Shown here piece by piece: positions 45,838 through 57,789 of a stretch of 64,000 nucleotides of DNA. Each line of letters starts with the position of its first letter. The stretch's first letter is position 1. Origin of the DNA: an uncultured Clostridia bacterium (GTDB lineage: Bacteria > Bacillota > Clostridia > Christensenellales > UBA1242); the NCBI GenBank assembly GCA_934793215.1, contig CAKVOP010000002.1, positions 193,859 to 257,858 on the forward strand, written 5' to 3'. Both the position numbers and the translations under genes were made by a program. The notes below the pieces were generated by a model. The model was given only the letters and a program-made list of their open reading frames with translations, searched no databases and was not told where the DNA came from.

Positions 45838-46542
45838 TTACTGCAAACTATTAACAAATTGATAAACTGCATAAGTGTTTGCACTTACAGTAATTGAAAG
45901 TAAAGCGTTTGCACGATTTGTGCAAGAACCAAAATAGAAGGTTGTTTCTGTCCAAGCATCTTCGCTTGACAATGTAAAATAAACATCTCTATATTCTATT
46001 GTTTGGTCGCCTTGAACAATAACTGATGTGTACTCTTTTCCATTTGCAGAGTAAAGCTTTTGAAGCGAGTCATATTGGAAATGAACATAGTTCTTTCCAA
46101 GTTTTGAAGAAAGATTTTGATGTATGCCACTTCCTTCACCTGTTGTGCTTGAAAAAGTCAAATAGAACTTTTCGCTTGTACTTTCTTCAATCTTGTATGC
46201 ACCTGCATCACCAGCAAAAAGGGCTGAAAGGTAAGTGCTAATAAATGAATCGTCAATATGTTTGGCAACTTTATTGTAGTTAGTTTCATTTAAACTCTTT
46301 TCAAATGTGGTTTTGGTACTATCAATAGTAACTTCAATTTCATTTGAAGGTTTAATAAAGTATGGTTTCAAATTCACTCTTACCACGCTCATTGTTACAA
46401 TGGTAACAACAAGGGCAAAGCAAAGAAAAGTGATAATTGAAAAAGAGATTATTCTTTTTCTTTTCTTTTTTGCTAAAATTTCATCACTTACAGATTTTAA
46501 AACATTATCAACATGCTGATTATTTACTGCTTTCTCTTCCAT
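45838..46542 (-). CDS. Hypothetical membrane-anchored protein
   Basis: 234 aa with a single TM helix (IISFSIITFLCFALVVTIVTMSVV). It begins 3 nt after the ftsH stop, so the two are probably co-transcribed. Confidence 0.5.
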   Translation of the reverse strand: MEEKAVNNQHVDNVLKSVSDEILAKKKRKRIISFSIITFLCFALVVTIVTMSVVRVNLKPYFIKPSNEIEVTIDSTKTTFEKSLNETNYNKVAKHIDDSFISTYLSALFAGDAGAYKIEESTSEKFYLTFSSTTGEGSGIHQNLSSKLGKNYVHFQYDSLQKLYSANGKEYTSVIVQGDQTIEYRDVYFTLSSEDAWTETTFYFGSCTNRANALLSITVSANTYAVYQFVNSLQ

Positions 46543-46544
46543 GC

Positions 46545-48851
46545 TTACTCTCCTTTATCCTCTGTACCAGAATTATCATCAATTTTCTTCGTTCTTGGTT
46601 TTCTTGCAATATGTTTTTTCTCTTCTTTTTGCTCTGTGTTTTCTTCTGGTCTTTCAACTTTAATTTCATCTTTTAAAAAGTCTTGTGTTTTTTCGGCTGT
46701 TTCTTCGGGTTTATCCGTTGTCAATTCTTCTTTGTCTTCTTCCAAATTTACAGCATAATTTTTCTTGATGAGTTCGTATTCTTCCTCGGTTATTATCCCG
46801 TTTTCAAGAAGTTTTTGTCCCTCTAATAATTTCCTTTCCATTAGAGTCTTTTTTGCAAGAGTTTCTCTTTCTTTTTTCTCTTTTTCTTCTTTTTCGCGTT
46901 GAAGAGCTTGCTTTTCGTCCATAACTTTCGCTATTTCAGTCGCACTCTTGCCCTCCATAAGCATATCAACTTCTTCTTTGTTGATTGTTTCTTTATCAAG
47001 AAGAAGCGTTGCCATTTCATGAAGCAAGTTTTCGTTATCTTGCAAGAGTTTCTTTGCTCGTTTGTAGTTATAGTCAAGAATTGCTTTTACTTCTTCGTCT
47101 GCCTCGGAAGCAAGTTTTTCAGAAAAGTCATTTTTAGTTTGATAATCTCTGCCAATAAACAATTGTTCACTGCTGTCAAGTGACAAGAAACCAATGTTTT
47201 TACTCATACCCCAGTTGTGAACCATTCTTCTCGCAATTTTTGACGCATGAGCAATATCGCTTGACGCACCAGTTGTAATATCTTTAAAAATAATCTCTTC
47301 CGCGATTCTTCCGCCCATTGTCATAGCAATTTCGTCCATGAGTTGGTTATAAGTGCGGTATGAATTATCATTTTCAGGGCGTTGCATTGTGTACCCACCT
47401 GCTGACCCTCTTGGTATAATCGAAACTTCTTGCACATCATCTGCGTTTTTGAGAAGTTTGCCAAGGATAGCGTGACCTGATTCATGATAAGCTGTGATTT
47501 TACGGTCTCTGTCAGTAACAAGTCGAGACTTCTTTTGAGGCCCCATTGTCACTTTATTGATACCCTCTGTAATATCAGCCATAATGATTTTTGGTCTGTT
47601 TGCTCTTGCAGCCAAAATTGCTGCCTCGTTAAGCATATTTTCAATGTCAGCCCCAGTAAAACCAACTGTGATTTTAGCAAGGGTTTTAAAATCTACATTT
47701 TCGTCAATAGGCTTATTTCTTGCATGAATTCTTAAAATGCCTTCTCTGCCTTTAACATCTGGGACATTTACATAAATTTGTCTATCAAATCTGCCCGGTC
47801 TTAAAAGTGCAGGATCGAGGACATCAGCTCTGTTTGTTGCAGCAAGCACAATAATGCCTTCATTTGACTCAAACCCGTCCATTTCAACAAGAAGCTGGTT
47901 TAATGTTTGCTCTCTTTCATCATTTCCACCACCAAGGCCTGCCCCTCTTTGACGACCAACGGCATCAATTTCATCAATAAAGATAATGCATGGCTTATAA
48001 CGTTTTGCTTGTTCAAAGAGGTCTCTTACTCTTGAAGCACCAACGCCTACAAACATTTCAACAAAGTCCGAACCACTGATTGAGATAAATCTGCAATTCG
48101 CTTCTCCCGCAACAGCTCTTGCAAGCAATGTTTTACCTGTTCCTGGATTGCCCACCAAAAGCACACCTTTTGGAATTCTTGCCCCAAGGTCTGTGAACTT
48201 TTTAGGATTTTTCAAAAACTCTACAAGTTCTTCAAGCTCGGCTTTTTCTTCATCACTTCCAGCAATATCGTCAAACCTAACTTTACTTGTCGTATAAGCC
48301 TTTGCTCGGCTTTTCCCAAAGCCCATTGCACTTTTGTTTGACGAACTGATAAGTCTATAAATCATAAATATGATGAATATTCCAAAGCCTAAATAAAGCA
48401 CTTGTGAAATTATGTTCCAGACATCAATTCCCCTTTCTCCTTTCTTGATGGAGATAAGTTCTTTTTGCTCATCTTGTGGAGCAGTTTTGTTAAATTCAAC
48501 TACGCTATCATTATACTCTTTTATGGCATTCTTTGTAAAAAGAAGCACGTCATCACCATATTCATAATTGATATAGTAATCTGCGTAATCAGGGAATCCC
48601 TTTTCAAATTTAGAATTGTTTACGAGAAAATAAATTGAGTTATCCTTATAATAAACAGCAACAACTCTTTCTGTTTGATCGTCTTTGTTTTTATGTGTCC
48701 CATTTATAAGTTGTTGAATTTCAGTTTCTCCGCCATAAATGTACTGCCCTTTATAGCCAGTGTTAGAAAACATTAAAAATAGTATTACTGCCGAAAAAAG
48801 CAAAACTACAACCCAAAATGACCACTTAAATTTTGGTTTTTTCTCTTCCAT
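46545..48851 (-). CDS. ftsH: ATP-dependent zinc metalloprotease FtsH with a long E/K-rich C-terminal extension
   Basis: Walker [30 protein letters not shown] and the zinc site [10 protein letters not shown] placed the start at ATG 48851 (RBS AAGGAGG) rather than at the TTG 48875. Confidence 0.93.
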   Translation of the reverse strand: MEEKKPKFKWSFWVVVLLFSAVILFLMFSNTGYKGQYIYGGETEIQQLINGTHKNKDDQTERVVAVYYKDNSIYFLVNNSKFEKGFPDYADYYINYEYGDDVLLFTKNAIKEYNDSVVEFNKTAPQDEQKELISIKKGERGIDVWNIISQVLYLGFGIFIIFMIYRLISSSNKSAMGFGKSRAKAYTTSKVRFDDIAGSDEEKAELEELVEFLKNPKKFTDLGARIPKGVLLVGNPGTGKTLLARAVAGEANCRFISISGSDFVEMFVGVGASRVRDLFEQAKRYKPCIIFIDEIDAVGRQRGAGLGGGNDEREQTLNQLLVEMDGFESNEGIIVLAATNRADVLDPALLRPGRFDRQIYVNVPDVKGREGILRIHARNKPIDENVDFKTLAKITVGFTGADIENMLNEAAILAARANRPKIIMADITEGINKVTMGPQKKSRLVTDRDRKITAYHESGHAILGKLLKNADDVQEVSIIPRGSAGGYTMQRPENDNSYRTYNQLMDEIAMTMGGRIAEEIIFKDITTGASSDIAHASKIARRMVHNWGMSKNIGFLSLDSSEQLFIGRDYQTKNDFSEKLASEADEEVKAILDYNYKRAKKLLQDNENLLHEMATLLLDKETINKEEVDMLMEGKSATEIAKVMDEKQALQREKEEKEKKERETLAKKTLMERKLLEGQKLLENGIITEEEYELIKKNYAVNLEEDKEELTTDKPEETAEKTQDFLKDEIKVERPEENTEQKEEKKHIARKPRTKKIDDNSGTEDKGE

Positions 48852-48962
48852 GAAGCCTCCTTGCTCATTTTTCAAGATATTGTACCATAAAAAAATGTTT
48901 CAAGCAAGTAAAACGCCCCCATTTTGTGGTTAATTTTTGCATAGTTTTCTCTTTCGACAATT

Positions 48963-50216
48963 TTAATCGGCTTCCAATATTAATTCCAATTTGAAGACTA
49001 CATTTTCTATAAAGTCTTCTGCTGAAATATTTTGGTCAAGATATCTCATATACTCTTTTCTGTTGTTTTTCATAAATAACTCGTTTAAGCCGATTACATC
49101 GGTTTTTTCTTCTTTGAGAATTTTAACAATGTTTGCAAAACTATTTTTCAATTTTTGGTCTATTTTGTGTGCAGCCTCTTCGCTTAAACGGGTAAACTCG
49201 TTGTTTATTTTTAGTTCACTAGTCGAATTTTCAAGTTCTATTAACGACAAATTCACATCAACTTTTGCATCAAAAATAGGAATTCCGTTTTCAAATTTAG
49301 TAGTCAAATTTATATCTTTTTTGAGAATTTCGTAAACTGCATTAACTCGTTGGTCTTCAATAAGCACATCATCTATTTTTATCACTTGTTTGCTAGATTT
49401 TTCGTTCAATAGATTAATTGCGTTAATTTGTTCAAGTGATAGTATTTTTACTATCTTCCCATTTTTCACTATCGCACTTTTACCAGTATTTACTATGGTT
49501 TTTGGATCGTTACCTCCGCCTCTTGACGAACTTCCGCCACCGTTTGCCCCCTCGCTTGGTTGTTCTTCCTCTGCTGGGGTGACCTGCATAGAGTAATCTT
49601 CTTCTTCATCTTTGGTTGCCGTTGTTAAAAAGCCAACTATTGATGATTTTGTAGGGCTGTAATATCCCCTATAGAATGATTCAAGGCTTGTATCAGTCAC
49701 ATAAATATGGTCAGCATTATAGCCAACTATTTGTTCAAGTTTAAACCCTAAATTATCCCTTAAACTTTGAGTGGAAGAAAGCAAATCTTTTGCCGATTTG
49801 TTGGTGCATATAAATACTGTGTTTTCTGGAAACCCCGGCAAACGACCAAAATAATCAAGTGCGTTTACTCCATCTTCTTCCATAAGAGCAAGGTTTACTA
49901 CGGTTGTTTTGGTATGATAGAGACCAATCTTGCGTCCCATGGCAAGTTGTGCTTCGTAAACAGCTTCTCCCACACTTTTTCCTTTCCCTGTAATAACTGA
50001 CTCTTTATCGTCAAAAGTTTGATTTACCGATGGTATAAAAACAAGAAAAGAGACTTCATAATCATCTTCGACTTTATCAATTCCAACCGCGGTAACAACT
50101 CCGCGTTCTCGATTTTCACCTGGGGCAAATATTTTTGCAGGCATAAAAACAAGCATTATGACGAAAAAGATGATAAGCATTGGATTATTAAGTAGATTCT
50201 TGAATTTGCTTTTCAT
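48963..50216 (-). CDS. gerAC: Spore germination protein, Ger(x)C family
   Basis: 417 aa and third gene of the ger operon. VTAVGIDKVEDDYEVSF is typical of the family. RBS GGGGAGG. No obvious lipobox cysteine. Confidence 0.75.
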   Translation of the reverse strand: MKSKFKNLLNNPMLIIFFVIMLVFMPAKIFAPGENRERGVVTAVGIDKVEDDYEVSFLVFIPSVNQTFDDKESVITGKGKSVGEAVYEAQLAMGRKIGLYHTKTTVVNLALMEEDGVNALDYFGRLPGFPENTVFICTNKSAKDLLSSTQSLRDNLGFKLEQIVGYNADHIYVTDTSLESFYRGYYSPTKSSIVGFLTTATKDEEEDYSMQVTPAEEEQPSEGANGGGSSSRGGGNDPKTIVNTGKSAIVKNGKIVKILSLEQINAINLLNEKSSKQVIKIDDVLIEDQRVNAVYEILKKDINLTTKFENGIPIFDAKVDVNLSLIELENSTSELKINNEFTRLSEEAAHKIDQKLKNSFANIVKILKEEKTDVIGLNELFMKNNRKEYMRYLDQNISAEDFIENVVFKLELILEAD

Positions 50217-51282
50217 TTTTCCTCCCCACCATAACGATTATAAAAAATATTATTGGCAAGACATACCCCGCAACAACTCCCAGCACGGCTTCCCAGCCAT
50301 TGACCCACTGGATAAGAACTTCATATTTGCCAAGATAGAGTTCGTAAAGAAGCAGATACGACACAATAAACACCCCGCATGAAAATTTATTGGTCATTTT
50401 AGGAAACAACACTTGCAAGGTGTCACAAACTGCATAAGAAAAAATGTTGACCTGAAAAATCGTTATAAAACATATCGTAACCATTGCTATGACATCAAGT
50501 CTGCCAAATGCATTAAATTCGACTGTAAAAACCACGACATCTGAAAGAGCGTTATTATGCATAAATGCTGTGATATGATATTTGCAATAGAAGATTGCAT
50601 ATAATGCGAGCACTAAAATCATGCCTAATATAGCATTCCAATATATTTTTTTGCTTGTTTTTCCTTGCATTTCTATTTTATCCATAACTAAAAATAGAAA
50701 TATAAAGTCACCGAAAGTAAAGACATGTTTATACATTGTCAACCCTAAATCTTTTATACTTGAAGTAAAAAGAATTGGAGAGTTAAGAGTCGTGAAAAGC
50801 GAAAAAGACAGACATATCACAACCCCCGCTATCAAAATATAGTAAAATAGTTCAATAGTTCTTGCAAGTGGACGAAGTCCTTTTATTACAGCAAAGCACG
50901 CAAGAGGAAAAGCACAGATAAACGCTATTGGAATAAATTCATCTTGATAAACTTGCTGTTGAAAATACAAATAGGCAATAGAAAATGTCAGCACCACTTT
51001 AAAAAAGAAAAAAGTAAGCAAAATTAAATAGATAATCTTTGAAAAGAATGGAGAGAGTTTTTTGTTTAAGACATCTACAAGTTTGTCATTTGGATACGCC
51101 CTTTTCATCTTTACGAAAACAAAAAGAGTCGCAAGGTCTATTAAAAAGAGTCCAAGCATAACAAAGAGTCCGTCAGCACTCACAAATTGATATAAAAGTG
51201 AAGGTAAAAGCAAAATTTTATTTGACAAAACAAGTATGAATGCAATTACTCCCGCTTGTCCCGCTGAAATTTTATTACTCAT
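50188..51282 (-). CDS. gerAB: Spore germination protein, GerAB-type (APC-superfamily permease)
   Basis: Polytopic membrane protein. The start is set at ATG 51282 (RBS AAGGAGGG), giving MSNKISAGQAGVIAFILVLSN.. It overlaps the gerAA stop by 8 nt. Confidence 0.8.
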   Translation of the reverse strand: MSNKISAGQAGVIAFILVLSNKILLLPSLLYQFVSADGLFVMLGLFLIDLATLFVFVKMKRAYPNDKLVDVLNKKLSPFFSKIIYLILLTFFFFKVVLTFSIAYLYFQQQVYQDEFIPIAFICAFPLACFAVIKGLRPLARTIELFYYILIAGVVICLSFSLFTTLNSPILFTSSIKDLGLTMYKHVFTFGDFIFLFLVMDKIEMQGKTSKKIYWNAILGMILVLALYAIFYCKYHITAFMHNNALSDVVVFTVEFNAFGRLDVIAMVTICFITIFQVNIFSYAVCDTLQVLFPKMTNKFSCGVFIVSYLLLYELYLGKYEVLIQWVNGWEAVLGVVAGYVLPIIFFIIVMVGRKNEKQIQEST

Positions 51283-52711
51283 CTTTGCCCTCCTTTTTAT
51301 TTCTTGGTCCCGAGAAAGACAACGGCACGCCATCGAGTTCTTTTGTCGTGCTTGTAAATATTCCATCTTTTAGGTCTTTTTTAATCCGCGGACTATAAGG
51401 CACAAGATATGGCGTATCATAACTATCCAAAGTATTAAGGTACATAACAAAATAAATAATTCCGCCTAAAACTCCCAACATGCCCAGAGAACCGCCAAGA
51501 ATTATAAAAATCATTTGCATTATTGTAATTTGAGCTGACTGCTCTGGTATTGTATAAAGTGCAATTTTGGATAATGCAATAATGATAACTCCGGGCGGAG
51601 AAATTAGTCCCGCTTTTACCCCGGTGTCGCCCAAGATTAACGCACCAACAATAGAGGTCGCAAGCCCTAAATAACTAGGCAAGCGCAGAGACACCTCGTA
51701 AAGAATTTGAAATAGTAAGAATATAAACAAAATTTCAAGAAATGGCGTAAATGGCAAACCTTTTGTGGTGTCAGCAATCGTTATAAGAAAGTTGATTGGC
51801 AAAATGTTGTAATGAAAAATTTGAAGCGAAAGATAAAACCCTGGTGCTATTATTGCCACCAGCAATCCCAACAACCTTATAACCCTAACCATTGAAGAAT
51901 AATGATGATTTGTATAGTAATCATTTGAATTGTGCAAATCTTCAATAACAGCAAACGGCAAAGTCAAAACGATTGGCGAATTATCCACAATAATTGCTAC
52001 TTTCCCTTCCAATAATTTAGAGGTGACAATGTCTGGCTTTTCAGAGTTTCCAATTTGTTTAAAAATGGAATGCGGGCGTTCCTGTAAATAAGAAAGAATA
52101 TAATAGGAATCCAAAATTCCATCTGCATCTATTTTCCCAAGTTTGGCGATTATTTTCTCAACAAGGTTGTCTTTCGCAACACCTTTTAGATAAGTTACCA
52201 CAACGCTAGTTTGGCTATAAGATCCAATCTTTAATTGTTTCATAACAAGTTTATCAGTTTTCAATCTTCGACGAATAAGAGTTATGTTGGTTTGCAAATC
52301 TTCAACAAAGCCCTCTCTCGGCCCTTGGATAACCGGAGATGTTGGTGGCTCTGACGGAACACGTGTTGGAAAAGAAAACAGGTCAACCGAAAGAATTTGT
52401 TTAGAAAAATTTGAAAATAAAATTAATTTTCCGTTTAAAATGTTGTCTAGTGCCTCTTTTTCTTTAATTTCTTCCACTTGTGCAGTTTGAAGAACTTTAT
52501 CTTTTATTTCTGTTATTGAAAATACATCATCAAATTCTTGAATGGGCTGATACACCGCTTCCGCAAGCAGATTTTGATCAGTTATACTTTTTAAAAACAC
52601 CATGCCAATTTTTTGCTTCCCACGCACAAATAATCGGCTTGAAAAATCACTGCTTTCGTTTAAGGCAGTTTTATACTCTTCAATCTTTTTATCGACATTA
52701 AAATAAGACAT
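51275..52711 (-). CDS. gerAA: Spore germination protein, GerAA/KA-type
   Basis: 478 aa with PTSPVIQGPREGFVEDLQTNITLIRRRLK and C-terminal TM helices, typical of the GerA A subunit. Confidence 0.88.
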   Translation of the reverse strand: MSYFNVDKKIEEYKTALNESSDFSSRLFVRGKQKIGMVFLKSITDQNLLAEAVYQPIQEFDDVFSITEIKDKVLQTAQVEEIKEKEALDNILNGKLILFSNFSKQILSVDLFSFPTRVPSEPPTSPVIQGPREGFVEDLQTNITLIRRRLKTDKLVMKQLKIGSYSQTSVVVTYLKGVAKDNLVEKIIAKLGKIDADGILDSYYILSYLQERPHSIFKQIGNSEKPDIVTSKLLEGKVAIIVDNSPIVLTLPFAVIEDLHNSNDYYTNHHYSSMVRVIRLLGLLVAIIAPGFYLSLQIFHYNILPINFLITIADTTKGLPFTPFLEILFIFLLFQILYEVSLRLPSYLGLATSIVGALILGDTGVKAGLISPPGVIIIALSKIALYTIPEQSAQITIMQMIFIILGGSLGMLGVLGGIIYFVMYLNTLDSYDTPYLVPYSPRIKKDLKDGIFTSTTKELDGVPLSFSGPRNKKEGKDE

Positions 52712-52820
52712 ACGCTTTCCTTTTATGCTAGTATGTCTTATCTATAATTTTTTAGTCATGCAGAAATTCAATTTTAATCTCTGGTTTAATGCGTCTATTT
52801 ACTTACAAAAGTCGGCAAAT

Positions 52821-53720
52821 TTAATCTGCGTAAGCCACTCCACCTTCATAAACATTATATCTGTCAATACTTACTGGTTTAGCACCAACTGTTGCGTCAT
52901 CTTCATAAATCAGCGAAATATCAATAACATATTCTTTTACATCATCGGCTAAAACATTTTTGCTGAATTTATAGCATGTATAACCATTTGCATTAACAAA
53001 AACAACAATTTCCTTTAAATCTTCACTTGTCTTAAGGGTTAATATTTTGCTTTCTTTATTAAAGTTTACAGAAGAAAAACCTTGCATTTGTCTTACAAAG
53101 GTCTTTTCAATGACATTTGAAGCCTTACTTGACCTTATGTAATCCTTGTTAGATTTCGCAACGACATAAAAACTTCTTTCTCCAACAGGAATTTGACTCA
53201 AAGAAAACTTACATTCTGTAACATCTGTTGATTTAAGAGTTCCTTGGTTATAGCAAATGGTGTAAAAATCTGCATTATCAACAGCTGTCCAAGTAAGCGA
53301 ATTGTCATTTTCATTCAAGGTGATAACTGGTGCTTTTAAACCAATCTCCGCCCGCCAAGTAATCTCTTTTGAATATTGGCTGTTGTTACCCTTTGCCATG
53401 GCAAGGTAGCAGAATTTAACTTTATAAGTTTGTCCAAGTTCAACGCCATTTTCTAAACATTGAGCAAGCGTGATAATGTTGTTTTCACTCTCAACAACCT
53501 TTTCTTCTTTTTCTATGCTGAAAACAAATCGGTATCCTTTATAACTTGAATTCGCTTTTGCAAGTATTTGCACTTGGTCATCATTTTCGGTTATTTCAAC
53601 TACGTCAGGAACGTATGGGTTATAATTTAACAAAAACGCTGTAGCAAGTCCACCTATTGCCACTATCACTAGCACACATGAAATTATTATTTTAAGGATT
53701 TTATTTTTCATATTTGTCAT
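52821..53720 (-). CDS. Hypothetical membrane-anchored protein with Fn3/Ig-like repeats
   Basis: 299 aa with an N-terminal TM helix (ILKIIISCVLVIVAIGGLATAFLL). LTWTAVDNADFYTICY is Fn3-like. Confidence 0.5.
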   Translation of the reverse strand: MTNMKNKILKIIISCVLVIVAIGGLATAFLLNYNPYVPDVVEITENDDQVQILAKANSSYKGYRFVFSIEKEEKVVESENNIITLAQCLENGVELGQTYKVKFCYLAMAKGNNSQYSKEITWRAEIGLKAPVITLNENDNSLTWTAVDNADFYTICYNQGTLKSTDVTECKFSLSQIPVGERSFYVVAKSNKDYIRSSKASNVIEKTFVRQMQGFSSVNFNKESKILTLKTSEDLKEIVVFVNANGYTCYKFSKNVLADDVKEYVIDISLIYEDDATVGAKPVSIDRYNVYEGGVAYAD

Positions 53721-53840
53721 ATACTAAATTTAGTATAACCGAAACGCGTCAAAATTCAAAACAATTTATCAATTTTAAGAAAAACAATATTGACAAATTT
53801 CGTCAGTTGTGCTAAAATAAAGACAAGTTTGGAGGAAATT

Positions 53841-55214
53841 ATGTTACAATTCATGTCAGGCTCACAAGTTGCCTCATTATTCATTGGAATTATATTTTCA
53901 ATTCTCGCTGTTGGAGATTTAATACTTGTTGCCAAATACGCAAAACAAATCGGCTCTTTTGGTAAATCTCTTGCTCTTGCACTCATTTGCCCACTCATTG
54001 CTTACACATCATGGTTGTTTTTGATTTTAAGTTATATCAAAGACTTTAAAAATAACGAATTTATGAACATTATCGTTTCTATTCTTGTTGCAATCTTCAC
54101 TTTGATGATGGTTATAATCGTCGCAAAAACACTTTACGCAAAACATTATGCAGATGAAGATCAGAAAGATGAAACAGAAGTTGTTCTTGCCGAAGAAAAT
54201 AATAACGAAACTGCTGAAAATATAGTTGACGTGCCAGCTGAAGAAAAAGTAGAAGAAAACGAAGAAACTCAAAACGGAGAAGAAGTAACAGCACAAGACG
54301 AAGAAAAAACTAGCGAAGAAGAAAAAGCAGTTGAAGAAGCCCCTGCGACTGAAAATGTTAAAGAAACAGAAGAAGAAACAGAAAACGTAGAATCTACTGA
54401 AAGCAACAATACTGATGAAAACAAAGATAGCGTTGACGCACAACTTGTTGATGCTCTTATCCTTACTCAAATCTTAAAAGAAAAAGAAGAGGCAGAATCA
54501 GTTTCTCAAGAAGAAAACACCGACAATGAAACTATTGCAAGTGAAGAAGAATCAGCAGCAGCAGCAGTTTCTGCACAAGAAACTGTAAATGACGATACAG
54601 AAATTCAAGAAGAAACTACACCTGAAATTGAAGAAGTTTCTGCTGAAGAATCAGTTGTTGAAAATGCAGATGACGAAGTTGAGCACACAGCGGTTAAAGA
54701 AACAAACGTTGTAGAAGAACCTGTAGAAAATGAACCTGAACAACAAATTGAAAATGAAGTTGTCACCGATGAAAAATCAGTAGAAGAATCCCCTGCCGAA
54801 GAAGTTGCCGAAGCAGAAAAAGAAGAAGTTGAAGAAGAAACTAATTCTAAAACAGAAGATGTTCCAGCAGAAGAAGAAAAAGCTGAAACCACTGATGAAA
54901 ACGCCGACGAAGTTACTGAAGAAGCAGTAGAAGAAAAAGTAGAACAAAACACCGAAGAAAACAAGGAAGATGGACTTGGCGACCTAGAAATTGAAAATAG
55001 TGATGATGAAAAAGTCACAATTTCAACTGACGAAACTGAAGATGAAATTGACGAAACTGACGAAAACGATTTCTTGAAAGAAATAAGAGAAATTCTTAAC
55101 GATAAAAAAGAAGAAGAGCCAAAGCGTCCACTTACACAAGACGAAATTGACGACCTCGAATTTGAAAAATATCTTGACTCACTTAAAAAGAAAAGAGACG
55201 AAGATAACAAGTAA
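53841..55214 (+). CDS. Membrane protein with about 360 aa of extremely Glu/Asp-rich low-complexity tail
   Basis: Start at ATG 53841 (RBS GGAGG). Three N-terminal TM helices are followed by an E-rich sequence (EEKVEENEETQNGEEVTAQDEEKTSEEEKAVEE...). Confidence 0.6.
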   Translation: MLQFMSGSQVASLFIGIIFSILAVGDLILVAKYAKQIGSFGKSLALALICPLIAYTSWLFLILSYIKDFKNNEFMNIIVSILVAIFTLMMVIIVAKTLYAKHYADEDQKDETEVVLAEENNNETAENIVDVPAEEKVEENEETQNGEEVTAQDEEKTSEEEKAVEEAPATENVKETEEETENVESTESNNTDENKDSVDAQLVDALILTQILKEKEEAESVSQEENTDNETIASEEESAAAAVSAQETVNDDTEIQEETTPEIEEVSAEESVVENADDEVEHTAVKETNVVEEPVENEPEQQIENEVVTDEKSVEESPAEEVAEAEKEEVEEETNSKTEDVPAEEEKAETTDENADEVTEEAVEEKVEQNTEENKEDGLGDLEIENSDDEKVTISTDETEDEIDETDENDFLKEIREILNDKKEEEPKRPLTQDEIDDLEFEKYLDSLKKKRDEDNK

Positions 55215-55256
55215 AAATCACAAAAAATAATTTAACTTTCGCAGAGCATAGCACAA

Positions 55257-55288
55257 TAAAAAAATCCACGATAATCGTGGATTTTTTT
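55257..55288. terminator. Bidirectional intrinsic terminator
   Basis: ATCCACG (55264-55270) pairs with CGTGGAT (55276-55282) between an A7 and a T7 run. It lies between the convergent acidic-protein gene and leuS. Confidence 0.75.
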
Positions 55289-55367
55289 GTGCAATAATTT
55301 ATAATTAAACTTAAAGGTAAGCACTTTTAACATTAAATATCTTAAAACTTTGACACACTTAATTCAT

Positions 55368-57758
55368 TTACTTTACAATTATGTTAGCAATTCTCCCAGG
55401 AACATAAATTTCTTTTACAATAGCTTTCCCGTTTATAAGATTTTTTATTGTTTCATTTCGTTTTATTTGTGCGAGTGCCTCATCGTTGTTGGCAACAGCA
55501 GAAACAAGCATTCTAGCAACTATTTTGCTATTAACCTGCACGGCAATCTCAACTTCGTTTTCTTTCGTTTTTTCATCATCAAAAATTGGCCATTTCTCGT
55601 ATGCAATACTATTTTCATGCCCAAGATTTTCCCAAATTTCTTCCGTAATAAATGGAGCAATAGGGTTAACCAATTTCAAAAATTCTTCGGCATATACCCT
55701 TGGAAACACCTCTTCCTTCATAACAGCATTTACAAAAACCATCATTTGGCTTATTGCAGTATTGAAAGCAAGAGCGTCATAGTCTTCGGTCACTTTTTTA
55801 ACTGTTTGATGAAAAATCTTATCAAGGTTTTCATTTGATTTATCTTGAATCTTATTTGATTGCATATAAATACGCCAAATTCTTTCAATAAATCTCTTTA
55901 CACCTTCAATATTCTTTGTATTCCATGGTTTAGAATCTTGCAAAGGCCCCATAAACATTTCGTACATTCTTAATGTATCTGCACCATATTCTTTAACAAT
56001 ATCGTCTGGATTTATGACATTTCCTCTACTCTTGCTCATTTTCTCGCCATTTTCACCCAAAATCATACCTTGATGGCACAACTTTTGGAAAGGTTCTTTT
56101 ACCGAAACTAGTCCTTTGTCATAAAAGTAATTATTTAAAAATCTAGAATATATAAGGTGCCCTACTGCATGCTCTGCTCCGCCTAGGTAAAGATCCACAG
56201 GCATCCAGTGCTTAATGAGTTCAGGATCTGCCATTGCATTGTCATTATTAGGATCAATGTATCTTAAATAATACCAACTGCTTCCCGCAGAGCCAGGCAT
56301 TGTGCTGGTCTCTCGCTTGGCAATTCCTGTTTCAGTTTTGACATATTTCCAGTCTTCCGCATTTTCAAGAGGTGCCTTGCCATTTTTCCCCTTGTAATCT
56401 TCAAGTTCTGGCAAAACAAGAGGCAAGTCTTTCTCTTTTACAAGTTCAATCTCTCCATTTTCATGGTAAAGAACTGGGATTGGTTCCCCCCAATATCTTT
56501 GACGTGCGAAAGTCCAATCTCGCAATTTGTATGTTATAGTTGCATGACCTTTTTCGTTCGCTTCAAGCCAATTTATCATTCTCTCAATAGCATCATGATT
56601 GTTTAAGCCATCAAGGAAATCACTATTTATATGTTTGCCATCACCTTCAAAACATTTCTCTTTACTTGCCCCCTCAATAATAGGATTAATATCTAATCCA
56701 TATTTATTAGCAAATTCAAAATCGCGTTCATCATGTGCTGGAACAGCCATTACCGCACCTGTTGCATAAGAAGCTACAACATAGTCGCTTATAAATATTG
56801 GAACATGTTTTCCATTCACTGGATTTATTGCATAAGCACCAGTGAATACACCTGTTTTATCTTTATTAAGTTGTGTCCTCTCTAAATCACTCTTTTTTGC
56901 ACATTCCGCTTTATACGCTTCAACAACCTCTTTTTGTTTACTTGTTGTTATCTTATTAACAAGTTCATGTTCTGGCGCTAAAACACAGTAAGAAAGTCCA
57001 AAAAGTGTATCACATCGAGTCGTAAACACATCAAAACTCAATTCACTATCCACAACTTTAAAGTTAATGGTTGCTCCCCTGCTCTTTCCAATCCAATTTC
57101 TTTGGATCTCTTTTGTGCTTTGAGGCCAGTCTATTGTTTCAAGACCTTCCAAAAGCCTTTCTGCATATTTTGGAGTGTTGATGACCCATTGCTTCATATA
57201 TTTTTTTACTACAGGGAAGCCACCTCTTTCGCTTTTTCCGTCTATAACTTCATCGTTGGCGAGAACAGTACCGAGTTCTTCACACCAGTTTACTGGAGTA
57301 TCAATATACTTCGCAAGTCCATCTTTATAAAGCATTTCAAACCACCATTGAGTCCACTTATAAAAATGAGGATCAGCAGTTGAAATAACCCTATCCCAAT
57401 CATAAGAAAATCCAAGCATCTTTAACTGGCGGGTAAAATTGTCAATATTTTTTTGTGTAAACTCCCCTGGGTGATTTCCAGTTTTAATTGCATATTGCTC
57501 GGCAGGCAAACCAAATGAATCAAACCCCATTGGGTGTAAAACGTTGAAACCCTTCATTCGCATATATCTTGCCATAATATCAGTTGCAGTATAACCCTCG
57601 GGATGCCCAACATGAAGACCTTCTCCTGATGGATAAGGGAACATGTCAAGAACATAATATTTTGGTTTAGAAAAATCCCAAACATCTGTTTTAAAGGTTT
57701 TCTCTTTTTCCCATCTATTCTGCCACTTTTCTTCGATTTGCTTAAAATTGTATTCCAT
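55368..57758 (-). CDS. leuS: Leucine--tRNA ligase
   Basis: 796 aa with the HIGH motif ([16 protein letters not shown]) and the KMSKS motif ([10 protein letters not shown]). Confidence 0.96.
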   Translation of the reverse strand: MEYNFKQIEEKWQNRWEKEKTFKTDVWDFSKPKYYVLDMFPYPSGEGLHVGHPEGYTATDIMARYMRMKGFNVLHPMGFDSFGLPAEQYAIKTGNHPGEFTQKNIDNFTRQLKMLGFSYDWDRVISTADPHFYKWTQWWFEMLYKDGLAKYIDTPVNWCEELGTVLANDEVIDGKSERGGFPVVKKYMKQWVINTPKYAERLLEGLETIDWPQSTKEIQRNWIGKSRGATINFKVVDSELSFDVFTTRCDTLFGLSYCVLAPEHELVNKITTSKQKEVVEAYKAECAKKSDLERTQLNKDKTGVFTGAYAINPVNGKHVPIFISDYVVASYATGAVMAVPAHDERDFEFANKYGLDINPIIEGASKEKCFEGDGKHINSDFLDGLNNHDAIERMINWLEANEKGHATITYKLRDWTFARQRYWGEPIPVLYHENGEIELVKEKDLPLVLPELEDYKGKNGKAPLENAEDWKYVKTETGIAKRETSTMPGSAGSSWYYLRYIDPNNDNAMADPELIKHWMPVDLYLGGAEHAVGHLIYSRFLNNYFYDKGLVSVKEPFQKLCHQGMILGENGEKMSKSRGNVINPDDIVKEYGADTLRMYEMFMGPLQDSKPWNTKNIEGVKRFIERIWRIYMQSNKIQDKSNENLDKIFHQTVKKVTEDYDALAFNTAISQMMVFVNAVMKEEVFPRVYAEEFLKLVNPIAPFITEEIWENLGHENSIAYEKWPIFDDEKTKENEVEIAVQVNSKIVARMLVSAVANNDEALAQIKRNETIKNLINGKAIVKEIYVPGRIANIIVK

Positions 57759-57789
57759 GTTTTCTCCTAGACTGTAAATTTATAAGTAG

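Noticed and set aside
54027-55210. Long minus-strand ORFs (147 aa, Phe/Cys-rich; 201 aa, Ser-rich) overlapping the acidic-protein gene.
   Set aside because: They are mirror images of the GAA-rich coding strand (TTC gives Phe or Ser). They have no RBS, and the plus-strand gene has proper start and stop signals.
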